Assembly: GCA_029858565.1 (NCBI GenBank)
Contig: JAOUEV010000010.1
Coordinates: 1 to 64,000, forward strand
Reading direction: 5' to 3'
DNA: 64,000 nucleotides
DNA from: Nitrospirota bacterium
GTDB lineage: Bacteria > Nitrospirota > UBA9217
In this document: positions 20,492 to 29,082 of the stretch, piece after piece
How the letters are laid out: the number at the start of each line of letters is the position of its first letter
Numbering within the stretch: the first letter of the stretch is position 1
Notes under the pieces: generated by a model
The model's database searches: none
What the model was told of the DNA's origin: nothing
The model's input: the letters and a program-made list of their open reading frames with translations, nothing else
Position numbers and translations under genes: made by a program

Positions 20492-20639
20492 AATCGTAAG
20501 AAACAATTCACCTGTAGACACAATTCGTGACTTGCGCATTTAATGCCTGTTCGCTCGCGGCATTCCGCCCCGCCTGTCCTGTCTCCTTTGCCGAAAACAA
20601 AATGTGCAGTGAAACGCAGCTACGAGGAAAGTGGTTGAG

Positions 20640-20668
20640 ATTATAGGAAAATCGCAAGTATGTGTCAA
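20640..20668 (-). promoter_or_regulatory. Consensus sigma70 promoter with no intact downstream gene
   Basis: Minus strand reads TTGACA-17 nt-TATAAT. Confidence 0.7.
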
Positions 20669-20801
20669 GCGGTAATGTTGAACATATTGCTCTGGTCAAG
20701 CCCCGGTCCGGTGAAGCGCTGTACCGCTGCCGGAACCAACAACCGTTTGACTTTCCCGGGGCCTTCTGGTACAGTTTCGAAGCTTGTCCGCGGACCCCTC
20801 C

Positions 20802-22652
20802 ATGAGAAGAACAGCATATTTCCATACACTTTGCACGCTCCTCCTGTACGCGTTCCTGTGCGGTATGCCGGCGGCAGGATCTGCTGCGGACTTGATCGTG
20901 GAGGAAGCCCCCTCTGATCCGACCCATTACTCCTCCATCCAGGCCGCCATCGATTACGCCCACGGCATCCTGACCAGCAACGCGACCACGACACTCAGCT
21001 ATATCGTCATCGTGGAGCCCGGGACCTATGCCGGCGGAATCACGCTCAGGAGCAACATCCCGGTCCAGGGCCGCGAGACCATGCGGACCATTGTGAACGG
21101 CGGAGGATCGGGCACTGCCATGACCGCCTCCGGCGTCACCGGCGTGAGCGTGCGCAACTTCACTTTCAAGAACGCGTCGGTAGGCATATCCGTTGCCGCC
21201 AATTCCACGGTCAACATCTTGAACAATGTCTTTGCCCTGGGAAGCGCCGGGTCCGCGGTGGTCATCCAGGGTTCGCCGTCGTCATCAGTGGTGAACAACA
21301 CTTTTATCCAGAACGGCACGGCGGTCAGCAGGGACGCGGACAGTGTCCTGATCTCCAACAACCTGTTCTCCAACAACACAGCGGACATATCCCAGACATC
21401 GACACTGGCAACAGAAAGCAATATCTCCTATAATTTCTTTCAGCCCGCCACAGCTCCCAAAGGCGCCAATTACCGGCCGAACACCTCGTTCCCGGACACG
21501 CTGCCGCTCCTGGTCGATGATGCCGCTCCTGACGCCCATTTACAGGCTGCGTCGCCCTGCATCGACAGCGGGGATCCCACCATAGCGGACCCCTATCAGA
21601 TCACGTCGGGAACAGCGAACCTGAGCGATATCGGCGCATACGGCGGGCCTTATGCTGATACCATCCCGGCGCTGGTGACCGGGATCACGTCCTCCGCGAC
21701 CACGTCCGCTCCCTATATCATCACGCTGAACTGGAACGCCAGCAGCAGCTACCTTGTCGGCGGCTACCGCGTCCATTACGGGAACGCTCCCGGAACCTAC
21801 ACCGGGTCCGATGCAAAGAACGCGGCAGGCGCTCCGCTCCAATCTCCGGTCGATGTGGCAACGGACACAACGCTCTCGCTGAACGATCTTGCACCTGCCA
21901 CGACCATCCCCGCGGAGCCGGTCGTGAGCACGCCCCAGCCCCTGAATGGCAGCCTCGTGGTCTCCTGGACCGCGGTTTCCGGCGCGACAAGCTACGACGT
22001 CCATTACGGCATTGACTCGGTCGCCGAGAACGTGAAGTCCGTGCCTGTTGTGAACTCCACCACCATCACCGGCCTGACCAACGGCCAGGCCTATAAGGTC
22101 GCGGTATCGGCCATTGCCCAGACGACCTATTATGTTGTCGTGACAGCCTATGACAGGAGCGGCCTGACGCGAACTCCCGGTCTGGCCCACGAGAGCGGCT
22201 ATTCCGCCGAATTCATCGCGACCGTCGGACCGAAGAACGAGAGCGGCCTGTCCAACGAAGTGATCGGACTGCCGGAGATCATCACCGGTTATCCCAACCT
22301 GCCCAATTCAGGATGCTTCATCGCCACAGCAGCCTACGGCTCCGCCGAAGCATGGCCCGTGCGCATCCTCCGGTCCTTCCGCGACCGCTATCTTCTCGCG
22401 TCAGCGCCGGGCAAGGCGTTCGTGGAATGGTACTACGCCGTTTCGCCGGGACTGGCCGCCTTTGTCAACGCCCATCCTGTGCTGCGGCCGCCAATACAGG
22501 CGCTGCTTGCTCCTGTTGTCGTGCTTGCCGCTTTTGCCACCGCGCCGGCGCTCCTGCAGTTCCTGATCCTCCTCGCTGCCGGCGGAGCGGCACTTGCGCT
22601 CTTCTCCCGGAAAGGCGGATCAAACAATCCCTCGCGAGGTGTTTTCAAGTGA
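20802..22652 (+). CDS. Secreted beta-helix/fibronectin-III protein with CFI-box-CTERM domain
   Basis: Signal peptide; SIQAAID...PGTY beta-helix start; SPCIDSG, DIGAYGG; FN3-like repeats; GCFIATAAYG...LRSFRDRYL...FVEWYY..SP and a C-terminal TM segment. Confidence 0.85.
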   Translation: MRRTAYFHTLCTLLLYAFLCGMPAAGSAADLIVEEAPSDPTHYSSIQAAIDYAHGILTSNATTTLSYIVIVEPGTYAGGITLRSNIPVQGRETMRTIVNGGGSGTAMTASGVTGVSVRNFTFKNASVGISVAANSTVNILNNVFALGSAGSAVVIQGSPSSSVVNNTFIQNGTAVSRDADSVLISNNLFSNNTADISQTSTLATESNISYNFFQPATAPKGANYRPNTSFPDTLPLLVDDAAPDAHLQAASPCIDSGDPTIADPYQITSGTANLSDIGAYGGPYADTIPALVTGITSSATTSAPYIITLNWNASSSYLVGGYRVHYGNAPGTYTGSDAKNAAGAPLQSPVDVATDTTLSLNDLAPATTIPAEPVVSTPQPLNGSLVVSWTAVSGATSYDVHYGIDSVAENVKSVPVVNSTTITGLTNGQAYKVAVSAIAQTTYYVVVTAYDRSGLTRTPGLAHESGYSAEFIATVGPKNESGLSNEVIGLPEIITGYPNLPNSGCFIATAAYGSAEAWPVRILRSFRDRYLLASAPGKAFVEWYYAVSPGLAAFVNAHPVLRPPIQALLAPVVVLAAFATAPALLQFLILLAAGGAALALFSRKGGSNNPSRGVFK

Positions 22653-23311
22653 TGCGTGCGATCATCCTGCTCATAGCCGCGGTCCTGCTGCTCCCCGCGG
22701 CCGGCCATGCGGCAAGCTCCAGGCTCGACCAGCCCAACTGGTCCCTTGAGGTCAAGGGAGGAAATTTCTATCCCGAGATCGACAACTGGAAGGATTTCTA
22801 CGGCCGCGACCACACATGGCATTACGCCGGATCATTGGCATACAAGGTCCTGCGGCAGGTGGAGGCGGGGATCGAGGCAGGTTATATCAAGGACCGCGGC
22901 CAGGGATATGCTCCGCTGAACTCACAGGCGCAGGGCGTCACCGTACTGTCCGGCAGAGTGACCTACGAACTGGCGCCGATAAATGTCTTTGTACTGTTCC
23001 GGGGAATGTTCAGCGATGACCAGTGGCTGGTGCCTTACGCGGGCGGCGGATACACCAGGATGTTCTACCGCGAGAAGATCGAGAGCCAGGGTGCGGCGCG
23101 GGGTTATGTGAACGGTTACCACGGCAGGGCGGGCCTGCAGTTCCTGCTCGACGGGATCGATTCAAGCGCGGCGAACAATCTGTTCCAGGATTATGGCGTG
23201 CATCACACTTATTTATTCGTGGAGCTGGAGATCACGAAGGCCGCGCTGGACAATTCATCCATGGACCTGGGCGGAAAAAGCTATTTGGCGGGGTTCCTGT
23301 TCGAGTTCTAA
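22652..23311 (+). CDS. Outer-membrane beta-barrel protein (MXAN_2562-like)
   Basis: Signal peptide; amphipathic strands; LVPYAGGG, LDGID..AA...DYGVHHTYLFVE; C-terminal FEF; TGATG coupling to the upstream gene. Confidence 0.8.
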   Translation: MRAIILLIAAVLLLPAAGHAASSRLDQPNWSLEVKGGNFYPEIDNWKDFYGRDHTWHYAGSLAYKVLRQVEAGIEAGYIKDRGQGYAPLNSQAQGVTVLSGRVTYELAPINVFVLFRGMFSDDQWLVPYAGGGYTRMFYREKIESQGAARGYVNGYHGRAGLQFLLDGIDSSAANNLFQDYGVHHTYLFVELEITKAALDNSSMDLGGKSYLAGFLFEF

Positions 23312-23436
23312 GCACACAGTAGCAAGCACCACGCAGCACGTGGCAAGGAAATACGAAGTTAGGCCTTTAGCCCTTGTTGTCCTTGTTGATCCTTTGTCAT
23401 CCAGCCCTTCCTTGCCTCTTATGCCTTATTGTTTTC

Positions 23437-24102
23437 TTAAACTACCTGTCCGTCGCGGATCTCGATGGTCCTTGCCGCGCGACGGGCGTTCTCGGCGCTG
23501 TGCGTCACCATGATGATCGTGCGGCCCTCGCGGTTCAGTTCCTGCAGCATATCCAGCACCCGGTCCCCGGTCTTCGTGTCCAGGTTGCCCGTGGGCTCGT
23601 CCGCGAGGATCACCGGCGGCCGGTTCACGATCGCCCGGGCGATGGCCACGCGCTCCTGCTCGCCGCCCGAAAGCTGGGACGGCAAACGATGGGCCTTGGC
23701 ATCGAGACCAACCTTCTGCAGCGCCTCCCGCGCCACTCCCTGCGCCCTGCCGTTCATGCCCGGCTGGATCGCCAGCGGCAGCATCACGTTCTCCACCGCT
23801 GTGAGATAAGGCACCAGATAAAAGGACTGGAACACGAATCCCAGGTACTCGCGCCGGAAATCGGACAGTTTGTTCGGCCCCAGCTGCCCCAGGTCGATGC
23901 CGTCCACGGTCACCGTGCCCGTGGTCGCATGGCTCAAACCTCCGATAAGGGACAGGAGCGTGCTCTTGCCTGACCCCGAGGGGCCCATGATCGCCACGAA
24001 CTCGCCGCTCTGTATGGCAAGGGACACGTCGCGCAGCGCGGGATAGTTCTCCTCCCCGGCATGGAATGTCTTGGTAATATTATTGAGCTCTATGAACGCC
24101 AT
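23437..24102 (-). CDS. ABC transporter ATP-binding protein (LolD/MacB-type)
   Basis: GPSGSGKST, LSGGEQERVAIARA, ADEPTGNLD. Confidence 0.95.
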   Translation of the reverse strand: MAFIELNNITKTFHAGEENYPALRDVSLAIQSGEFVAIMGPSGSGKSTLLSLIGGLSHATTGTVTVDGIDLGQLGPNKLSDFRREYLGFVFQSFYLVPYLTAVENVMLPLAIQPGMNGRAQGVAREALQKVGLDAKAHRLPSQLSGGEQERVAIARAIVNRPPVILADEPTGNLDTKTGDRVLDMLQELNREGRTIIMVTHSAENARRAARTIEIRDGQVV

Positions 24103-24142
24103 GATTTCTCCTGATCTGTGCTTCCCGATTCAATGCCAGCAT

Positions 24143-24262
24143 ATTCACCACGTGGAGCGCGGAGGACACCAGCGTCAAAATCAGTTTCCGGTCTTTCTGT
24201 TCCAGGCAGGACTCCTTTGACTTCCTCGCCCGGATCCCCCCCCTGCGTCCCCTGCGGTGATT
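24143..24262. repeat. Degenerate palindromic intergenic element (TCACC-type ends)
   Basis: ttcaccacgtggagcgcggagg ... cctgcgtcccctgcggtga. Confidence 0.55.
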
Positions 24263-24268
24263 CAGATC

Positions 24269-25432
24269 TCACAATGTTCTCAGCGCTTCGATCGGGTCCA
24301 TCCGTCCCGCGCGCACCGCAGGATACACGCTCGCGGCGACGCCGACCACAACGGACGCAGCAACAGCAATGACCGCGAGCAGGGGATCGAAGGTGAAGGT
24401 CAGATGATAGGCGCTCATGAGATAGGGCGCGATGAACCGCGGACTGATCACGCCCACGGCGTAGCCCAGGAATCCCGCAAGCACGCTTACCAGGAACGCT
24501 TCGATCAACAGTACCTGGATGATATGGCCGGTGCGGAACCCGATGGCCCGGAACAGGCCGATCTCCTGGACCCGCTCCTTGACCGCGGCGGTCATGGCGA
24601 AGAAGATGATCATTCCCGCCACGATCAGCAGCAGGAGCGACAGCCCCAGCGAGAACCGGTGAAAGTAGTGCATGGCCTGCATCTTGAGCTCAACGGTCTC
24701 CTTCACCGCCACCGTGCGCGCGCCGGGCAGCGCGTCGTTGACCTGCGCCACCATCTCCTCGATCGGACAGCCGCCGCAGAGCGCCGAAAGTTCGATCAGG
24801 CTGATCGCGTTCCCCTTCCTGAAATGCTGCTGCACCAGGCCAAGGTCGGCGAAGATCAGGTTGTCGTCCTGCGAACCCGTGTTCGCCAGGATACCGGCAA
24901 CAGTGAACTTCCCGCTGCCGAGCGTTACGGTGTCGCCGGGACCTATGCCGAGCTTTGCCGCGGCCTCTTTGCCGATCAACGCGTCGGTCCGGTCCTGCGG
25001 ACCCATGCCGGACTCCACGCGCCACCATTTCTTGAGCCGGAACTCCGAGGGAAACTCCACTCCGGCAACAAGCACCCGGGTCTTCCTGACCTCACTGACG
25101 ACCAGGAGCTTGGGCGCCACGGTGCTGATGTTCTCCTTGTTCCTGATGGTGCGGACATTCTTCGCGTCCTCGATCGTCAGGAGACGTCCTCCCGTATTGA
25201 TCGCCGAGACCGTCATGCCGCCATAGGAAAGCGGCAGGTCCTCCGATGCCGGAAGCACCAGGATGTTGGCCCCGAACTCGTCCAGGGCGTGCATCACTTC
25301 GCGGTTCATGGCATCGCCCACCGACGTGAGCGCGACCGCCGCGCCGATCCCGAGCGCCAGCCCCGAGATCAGGAAGAACGTCCTGCCCTTCTTCCTGCGC
25401 AGGTTGTTCACGGCTATATCGATCAGCTTCAT
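24269..25432 (-). CDS. ABC transporter permease (MacB/FtsX-type)
   Basis: NLRRKKGRT, periplasmic domain with ALCGGCP, ERVQEIGLFRAIG, DPIEALR. Confidence 0.92.
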   Translation of the reverse strand: MKLIDIAVNNLRRKKGRTFFLISGLALGIGAAVALTSVGDAMNREVMHALDEFGANILVLPASEDLPLSYGGMTVSAINTGGRLLTIEDAKNVRTIRNKENISTVAPKLLVVSEVRKTRVLVAGVEFPSEFRLKKWWRVESGMGPQDRTDALIGKEAAAKLGIGPGDTVTLGSGKFTVAGILANTGSQDDNLIFADLGLVQQHFRKGNAISLIELSALCGGCPIEEMVAQVNDALPGARTVAVKETVELKMQAMHYFHRFSLGLSLLLLIVAGMIIFFAMTAAVKERVQEIGLFRAIGFRTGHIIQVLLIEAFLVSVLAGFLGYAVGVISPRFIAPYLMSAYHLTFTFDPLLAVIAVAASVVVGVAASVYPAVRAGRMDPIEALRTL

Positions 25433-25455
25433 ATCTTCACCCTATTCCGCATTTC

Positions 25456-26094
25456 TTAAAAATACTTCTCACCGCTCTCAAGGTCCGCTACCTTCACCAC
25501 GATCATCTTTCCGTCCACCTTCCTCTGGACCGGGATCGGGCTGCAGCCCCCGGTGACCTTGCCCACGTCGGTCGAACGGAATCCCATACCGCAGTTGTTG
25601 CAGACCATGGTGTCCCCGTTCTGGCTGTAGCCCAGTTTGGCGTGATAGCAGGCGGCGCAGGCATCCAGGGCGACACGCACCGTTCCATCAGCGGCTTTGA
25701 GCACGAAGAACTTGATCGCCTTTCCCGGGCCGGCATAGGTGTAGTAGTTCGCCGCGCTCCCCTTGAGCGAGTCTTCCGCTATCCTGATCTCGCCGCCCTT
25801 TGCCTGCACCGGCGTGAACGCGCTCTCGGGCGCCGCGCTCCGCTGTGCGTCCAGGCGCATCGCGCCGCCGTTCGTCATCTTTCCGTAGGACGAATAGGCA
25901 AAGATAGCCGCCACCGCGAAGATCACCGCGGCCGCGATGATCGCCGGCGTCCTGCGGGACCCTGACCCGGATCCCAGCACCCGCGCTTTTTTCTCGTTAT
26001 TATCAGCAGCGTTCATCCCGGCCCCGCAGGCCTTGCAAAATTTCGCCTCTGCAGCCGCTTTTGCACCGCACTTCGCACAGTTTTCCATCCCCAC
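25456..26094 (-). CDS. Zinc-ribbon plus DUF2318-like Fe-S/metal-binding protein
   Basis: CAKCG...FCKACG; TM segment; DACAACY...GY...VCNNCG..F...GGCSPIP. Confidence 0.85.
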   Translation of the reverse strand: MGMENCAKCGAKAAAEAKFCKACGAGMNAADNNEKKARVLGSGSGSRRTPAIIAAAVIFAVAAIFAYSSYGKMTNGGAMRLDAQRSAAPESAFTPVQAKGGEIRIAEDSLKGSAANYYTYAGPGKAIKFFVLKAADGTVRVALDACAACYHAKLGYSQNGDTMVCNNCGMGFRSTDVGKVTGGCSPIPVQRKVDGKMIVVKVADLESGEKYF

Positions 26095-26109
26095 ATCCTC
26101 CTCTGTTCC

Positions 26110-26991
26110 CTATAATGCTGAAATAGTGCCATTCTGGTATCTGAATGATTGAGCGATCTTTTCTCCCCGCATGACATCGACCTGGATGTGGCAGCCGAAG
26201 TCCGAGGCCCGCAGTTCCACAGGGCCGTCGCCGTTCCGGGCCTGCCAATAAGCGCGCACGGCCTTCTGCGCTTCCTGCATCTGGACGGTCATCCCGCCTT
26301 CCCCGCCTTTTCCTCCGGTGTTGCAGCATCCGCACCCGGACGCAGGAGCCTGCTCGGCGAGCGCAATGCGCACAGATGCACGGGAGATCTCCGTACCCAG
26401 CCACTGGTTCACGCGGCCGTCCAGGATCGTCGGATCGGCCGTTCCTGCGGCAAGCCGCTCGCTGATGAACTTACGGATCCCGATCTTGCGCTCCAGTGCG
26501 TTTCGAAATGCGGTACGGGAGCCATATTGTGCCGAGATGAGATCATCGAATCCGTCCGGCGATCCGACCGCGGATCTCGCGCGGTCATAGGCCGCTTCGA
26601 TCTCGGCGCCCGAAACAGAGATCCCCGCCCTCTTCGCAGCCTGCCAGGCGATCCGCTCGTTGATCAGATCGGACAGCGCGGCATAGCGCATGCGGATCCG
26701 CTTCTCCGAGGGCATCGCGGTTCCTGATGCATTGACGCTCATGAACCCGTCAACCTCGGCAAGCATGATCCGCTCTCCGTTCACCACTGCTGCGACGCCT
26801 TCCGGAAGAATGTACTTGTAGTAGCCCACGGCAGCGGCCAGCAGGACCGCGGGAAGGAGGAACAGCGCGTAGCGGTAGGCTTTGCGGCTTTTGTTCATGC
26901 TTTCCGGTGAGGACACAGCCAGGGTCTTTCCGCAGGAAGCACAGAATAGAGCGTCGTTATCATTGTCCTGGGAACAGTTCCGGCAATGCAT
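26110..26991 (-). CDS. Zinc-ribbon plus SurA-N-like protein with Cys-rich C-terminus
   Basis: CRNC...FCASCG, TM segment, AAVVNGERI, SGCGCC, DFGCHIQVD; SD ggagg. Confidence 0.75.
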   Translation of the reverse strand: MHCRNCSQDNDNDALFCASCGKTLAVSSPESMNKSRKAYRYALFLLPAVLLAAAVGYYKYILPEGVAAVVNGERIMLAEVDGFMSVNASGTAMPSEKRIRMRYAALSDLINERIAWQAAKRAGISVSGAEIEAAYDRARSAVGSPDGFDDLISAQYGSRTAFRNALERKIGIRKFISERLAAGTADPTILDGRVNQWLGTEISRASVRIALAEQAPASGCGCCNTGGKGGEGGMTVQMQEAQKAVRAYWQARNGDGPVELRASDFGCHIQVDVMRGEKIAQSFRYQNGTISAL

Positions 26992-27107
26992 AGCCGCCTC
27001 CATGGTTATCCGTTGATTATTGACCGGCTCTTTTTGGATCAGCAAGATCAGGCAACAGGTCCGCGCATAATGCCCCTGGTTCGACACGGGATAACGGTAA
27101 TTTATTT

Positions 27108-27123
27108 AGCAAATCTGTTGCCA
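27108..27123 (-). promoter_or_regulatory. sigma54 (-24/-12) promoter
   Basis: Minus strand reads TGGCAAC-AGAT-TTGCT. Confidence 0.7.
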
Positions 27124-27187
27124 GCAGAGGAAGTAACTATAAATCAGCTAGATAGGAGGAGCAAGTCTGGTAGGATTTAGTGGTGAC

Positions 27188-27203
27188 TGTCGCATATGCT
27201 ACA
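27188..27203. promoter_or_regulatory. Putative enhancer-binding-protein site
   Basis: TGT-N10-ACA (tgtcgcatatgctaca), about 65-80 bp upstream of the -24 box. Confidence 0.5.
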
Positions 27204-27360
27204 GTCTGGTCATGAGAAACAGCAGTTCCGACGTTCTTACCCATACCGTTCGAAGTCATGAGTACCGTTCTGAAGAACGCAGGTCAGAGGGGAACTGGGT
27301 GCGAGCAGCGCTCCGGCTTTCCGGACGCGCTTCATGGCATGGTGAACCAGTGCATGGGCT

Positions 27361-27681
27361 CTAGCGCGTGGAGATCTCGACCTGCTTGCCGCATGCCCGC
27401 ATCTTTTCGATGATGTCCCTGGTCGGCGGCAGATTTTCGCAGATCACCGGCGACTTCATTCCGTCAAACATCACGACTTTCTGAAACTCATAGCATTCCA
27501 GGATGTCAATGCACTCACGGTCCTTGGCAGGCCCGAAGGACAGGTTGCACAGCTCCCCGTCCTTGAAAAAGAACCTGACAAGGTTCTCGCTCTTACCGGC
27601 GATCTCCACGAACATCGCTCCGGTCTTCTTGCTCTGGTGATATTCCTCAAGCACATCTGCAAAAAGTCTCATCGCGGCCAT
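27361..27681 (-). CDS. Hypothetical protein (possibly a stand-alone DUF4388-like domain)
   Basis: SD ggagg; KKTGAMFV...RFFFKDGEL pattern. Confidence 0.65.
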   Translation of the reverse strand: MAAMRLFADVLEEYHQSKKTGAMFVEIAGKSENLVRFFFKDGELCNLSFGPAKDRECIDILECYEFQKVVMFDGMKSPVICENLPPTRDIIEKMRACGKQVEISTR

Positions 27682-28108
27682 GGTTCCTCCCCTGAAACCT
27701 GGATTAGTGATGCTCTGCGTTCTTACGGGACTTTGTAAACACTCCAGCGGCTGCACTGCCTGCGTACTTGATCAATAAGAAAGGAGATCTGAAAAGAAAT
27801 ACAGAAAGAGGTATGGCAGGAATCGCGTCAAGGGAATGGTTCGCAACAAAGGACGCGGATATCCTTGTTACCGCGTGTCCGGACCGTGATCGCGCGGTCC
27901 CGGTCATGATCTTGCTTGCTCCCATGGGCCTCCTCGGAATCGAGTGCAGGGTTCTTCCCGCGTGATCCTGACTGCCGCATCTGGTGCACGGTTATTATAT
28001 AGAAGACCGCTCGGAAAAGGCAAGCCTTATCTCGTGAAAAAACTCTCCGCCCGGGCTGTCAGCACGGCCGCTCCTCGCTGGTCGACCCTGGCAGTCAGAG
28101 ACCGATCG

Positions 28109-28279
28109 TCACCAGCAGATCACCCTGTCATGGGCAAACACCTCGGCGACCAGGCTGTCATAGGAAATGCCGCCCTTTGTAAGATCTATCGTCGTCACCT
28201 GGTTCCCGGGCTTCTGGAGGTCGATGATCTTCTTTGTTGACGCATCAGGAGCGGATTTGAGAATATGCAGGACCTTCAT
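28109..28279 (-). CDS. Small DsrH/TusB-like protein
   Basis: MKVLHILK...ISYDSLVAEVFAHDRVICW; SD gaggag. Confidence 0.7.
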   Translation of the reverse strand: MKVLHILKSAPDASTKKIIDLQKPGNQVTTIDLTKGGISYDSLVAEVFAHDRVICW

Positions 28280-28295
28280 CAATGTCTCCTCGTGC

Positions 28296-28574
28296 TCAAT
28301 AGGGAACAACGTGATCGAATTCCAGGAGCTTCGCGGCCATCTCCTCGATCGACAGCACCGGTAATCCGTTCTCGGGATTGTTCGAATAGACCTTGAGATC
28401 AAGGTCCGCCACCAGTTCCAGAGGCTTCGCGACCTCCGGATCGCTCTTATCAAGCATCCGGTCCAGCACGAAGACCTCGATCGTATCGTCCGCCAACGTC
28501 AGGCCGCCCGCCACGCGCAGCGCTTCTCCCTGCCGGTCCCGTACGATCACCGCAATGCGTTTTGCATCTCCCAT
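28296..28574 (-). CDS. Small DsrF/TusC-like protein
   Basis: KRIAVIV...EALRVAGGL...IEVFV...EEMAAKLLEFDHVVPY. Confidence 0.7.
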   Translation of the reverse strand: MGDAKRIAVIVRDRQGEALRVAGGLTLADDTIEVFVLDRMLDKSDPEVAKPLELVADLDLKVYSNNPENGLPVLSIEEMAAKLLEFDHVVPY

Positions 28575-28600
28575 AACTTGCTCCTTAGAACGCCTCCGGA

Positions 28601-28906
28601 TCAGAACACCAGCACCCGGTCGCTGTCATGCAACATCCCCGCGTTGTTGTTCTGGCTGCCATAGATGATCCCCTCGGCCTTGTCGTGCAAGCCGGCGCAT
28701 TCGCAGCTGTATTCGCACACCGAGATCTCCACACCGTCCAGCTTGAGCAGCTCCAGGAAACCGGGGTCCCGCGTGAACCGCACACCCTCGTCGGTCATAA
28801 AAATAGTGACGCCGTGTCCGGCCCTGCTGGCCGCCCTGGTCACGCCGGCGATGTGCTCAAAGTTCTCATATTTTGTGATCATGATCCCCAGCATCTTCTC
28901 CGCCAT
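28601..28906 (-). CDS. DsrE-family sulfur-relay protein
   Basis: GHGVTIFMTDEGV, SVCEYSCEC, GSQ...SDRVLVF. Confidence 0.8.
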   Translation of the reverse strand: MAEKMLGIMITKYENFEHIAGVTRAASRAGHGVTIFMTDEGVRFTRDPGFLELLKLDGVEISVCEYSCECAGLHDKAEGIIYGSQNNNAGMLHDSDRVLVF

Positions 28907-29038
28907 GGTTATCCCCTCCTTCCAGGAAAGAACCGGACGCAGCAGCCGCTCGCGTATCCTCGGTATGACGCCTCACCTCATTAATATATTCGCCCATCCC
29001 GGTCAGCATCGCAACATCTGTTTTATTCTCATCAGAAT

Positions 29039-29069
29039 AAAAAAAGCCGGGCAGTTTCCTGCCCGGCTT
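29039..29069 (-). terminator. Rho-independent terminator after the YeeE-family gene
   Basis: aagccgggcag/ctgcccggctt hairpin with a U-tract. Confidence 0.8.
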
Positions 29070-29082
29070 GAAGTTTCCGAAA

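Noticed and set aside
27704-27925. 73-aa ORF with a GAGGAGG SD
   Set aside because: Atypical codon usage and no motif. It may be a real small gene or a decayed one, but I cannot support a call.
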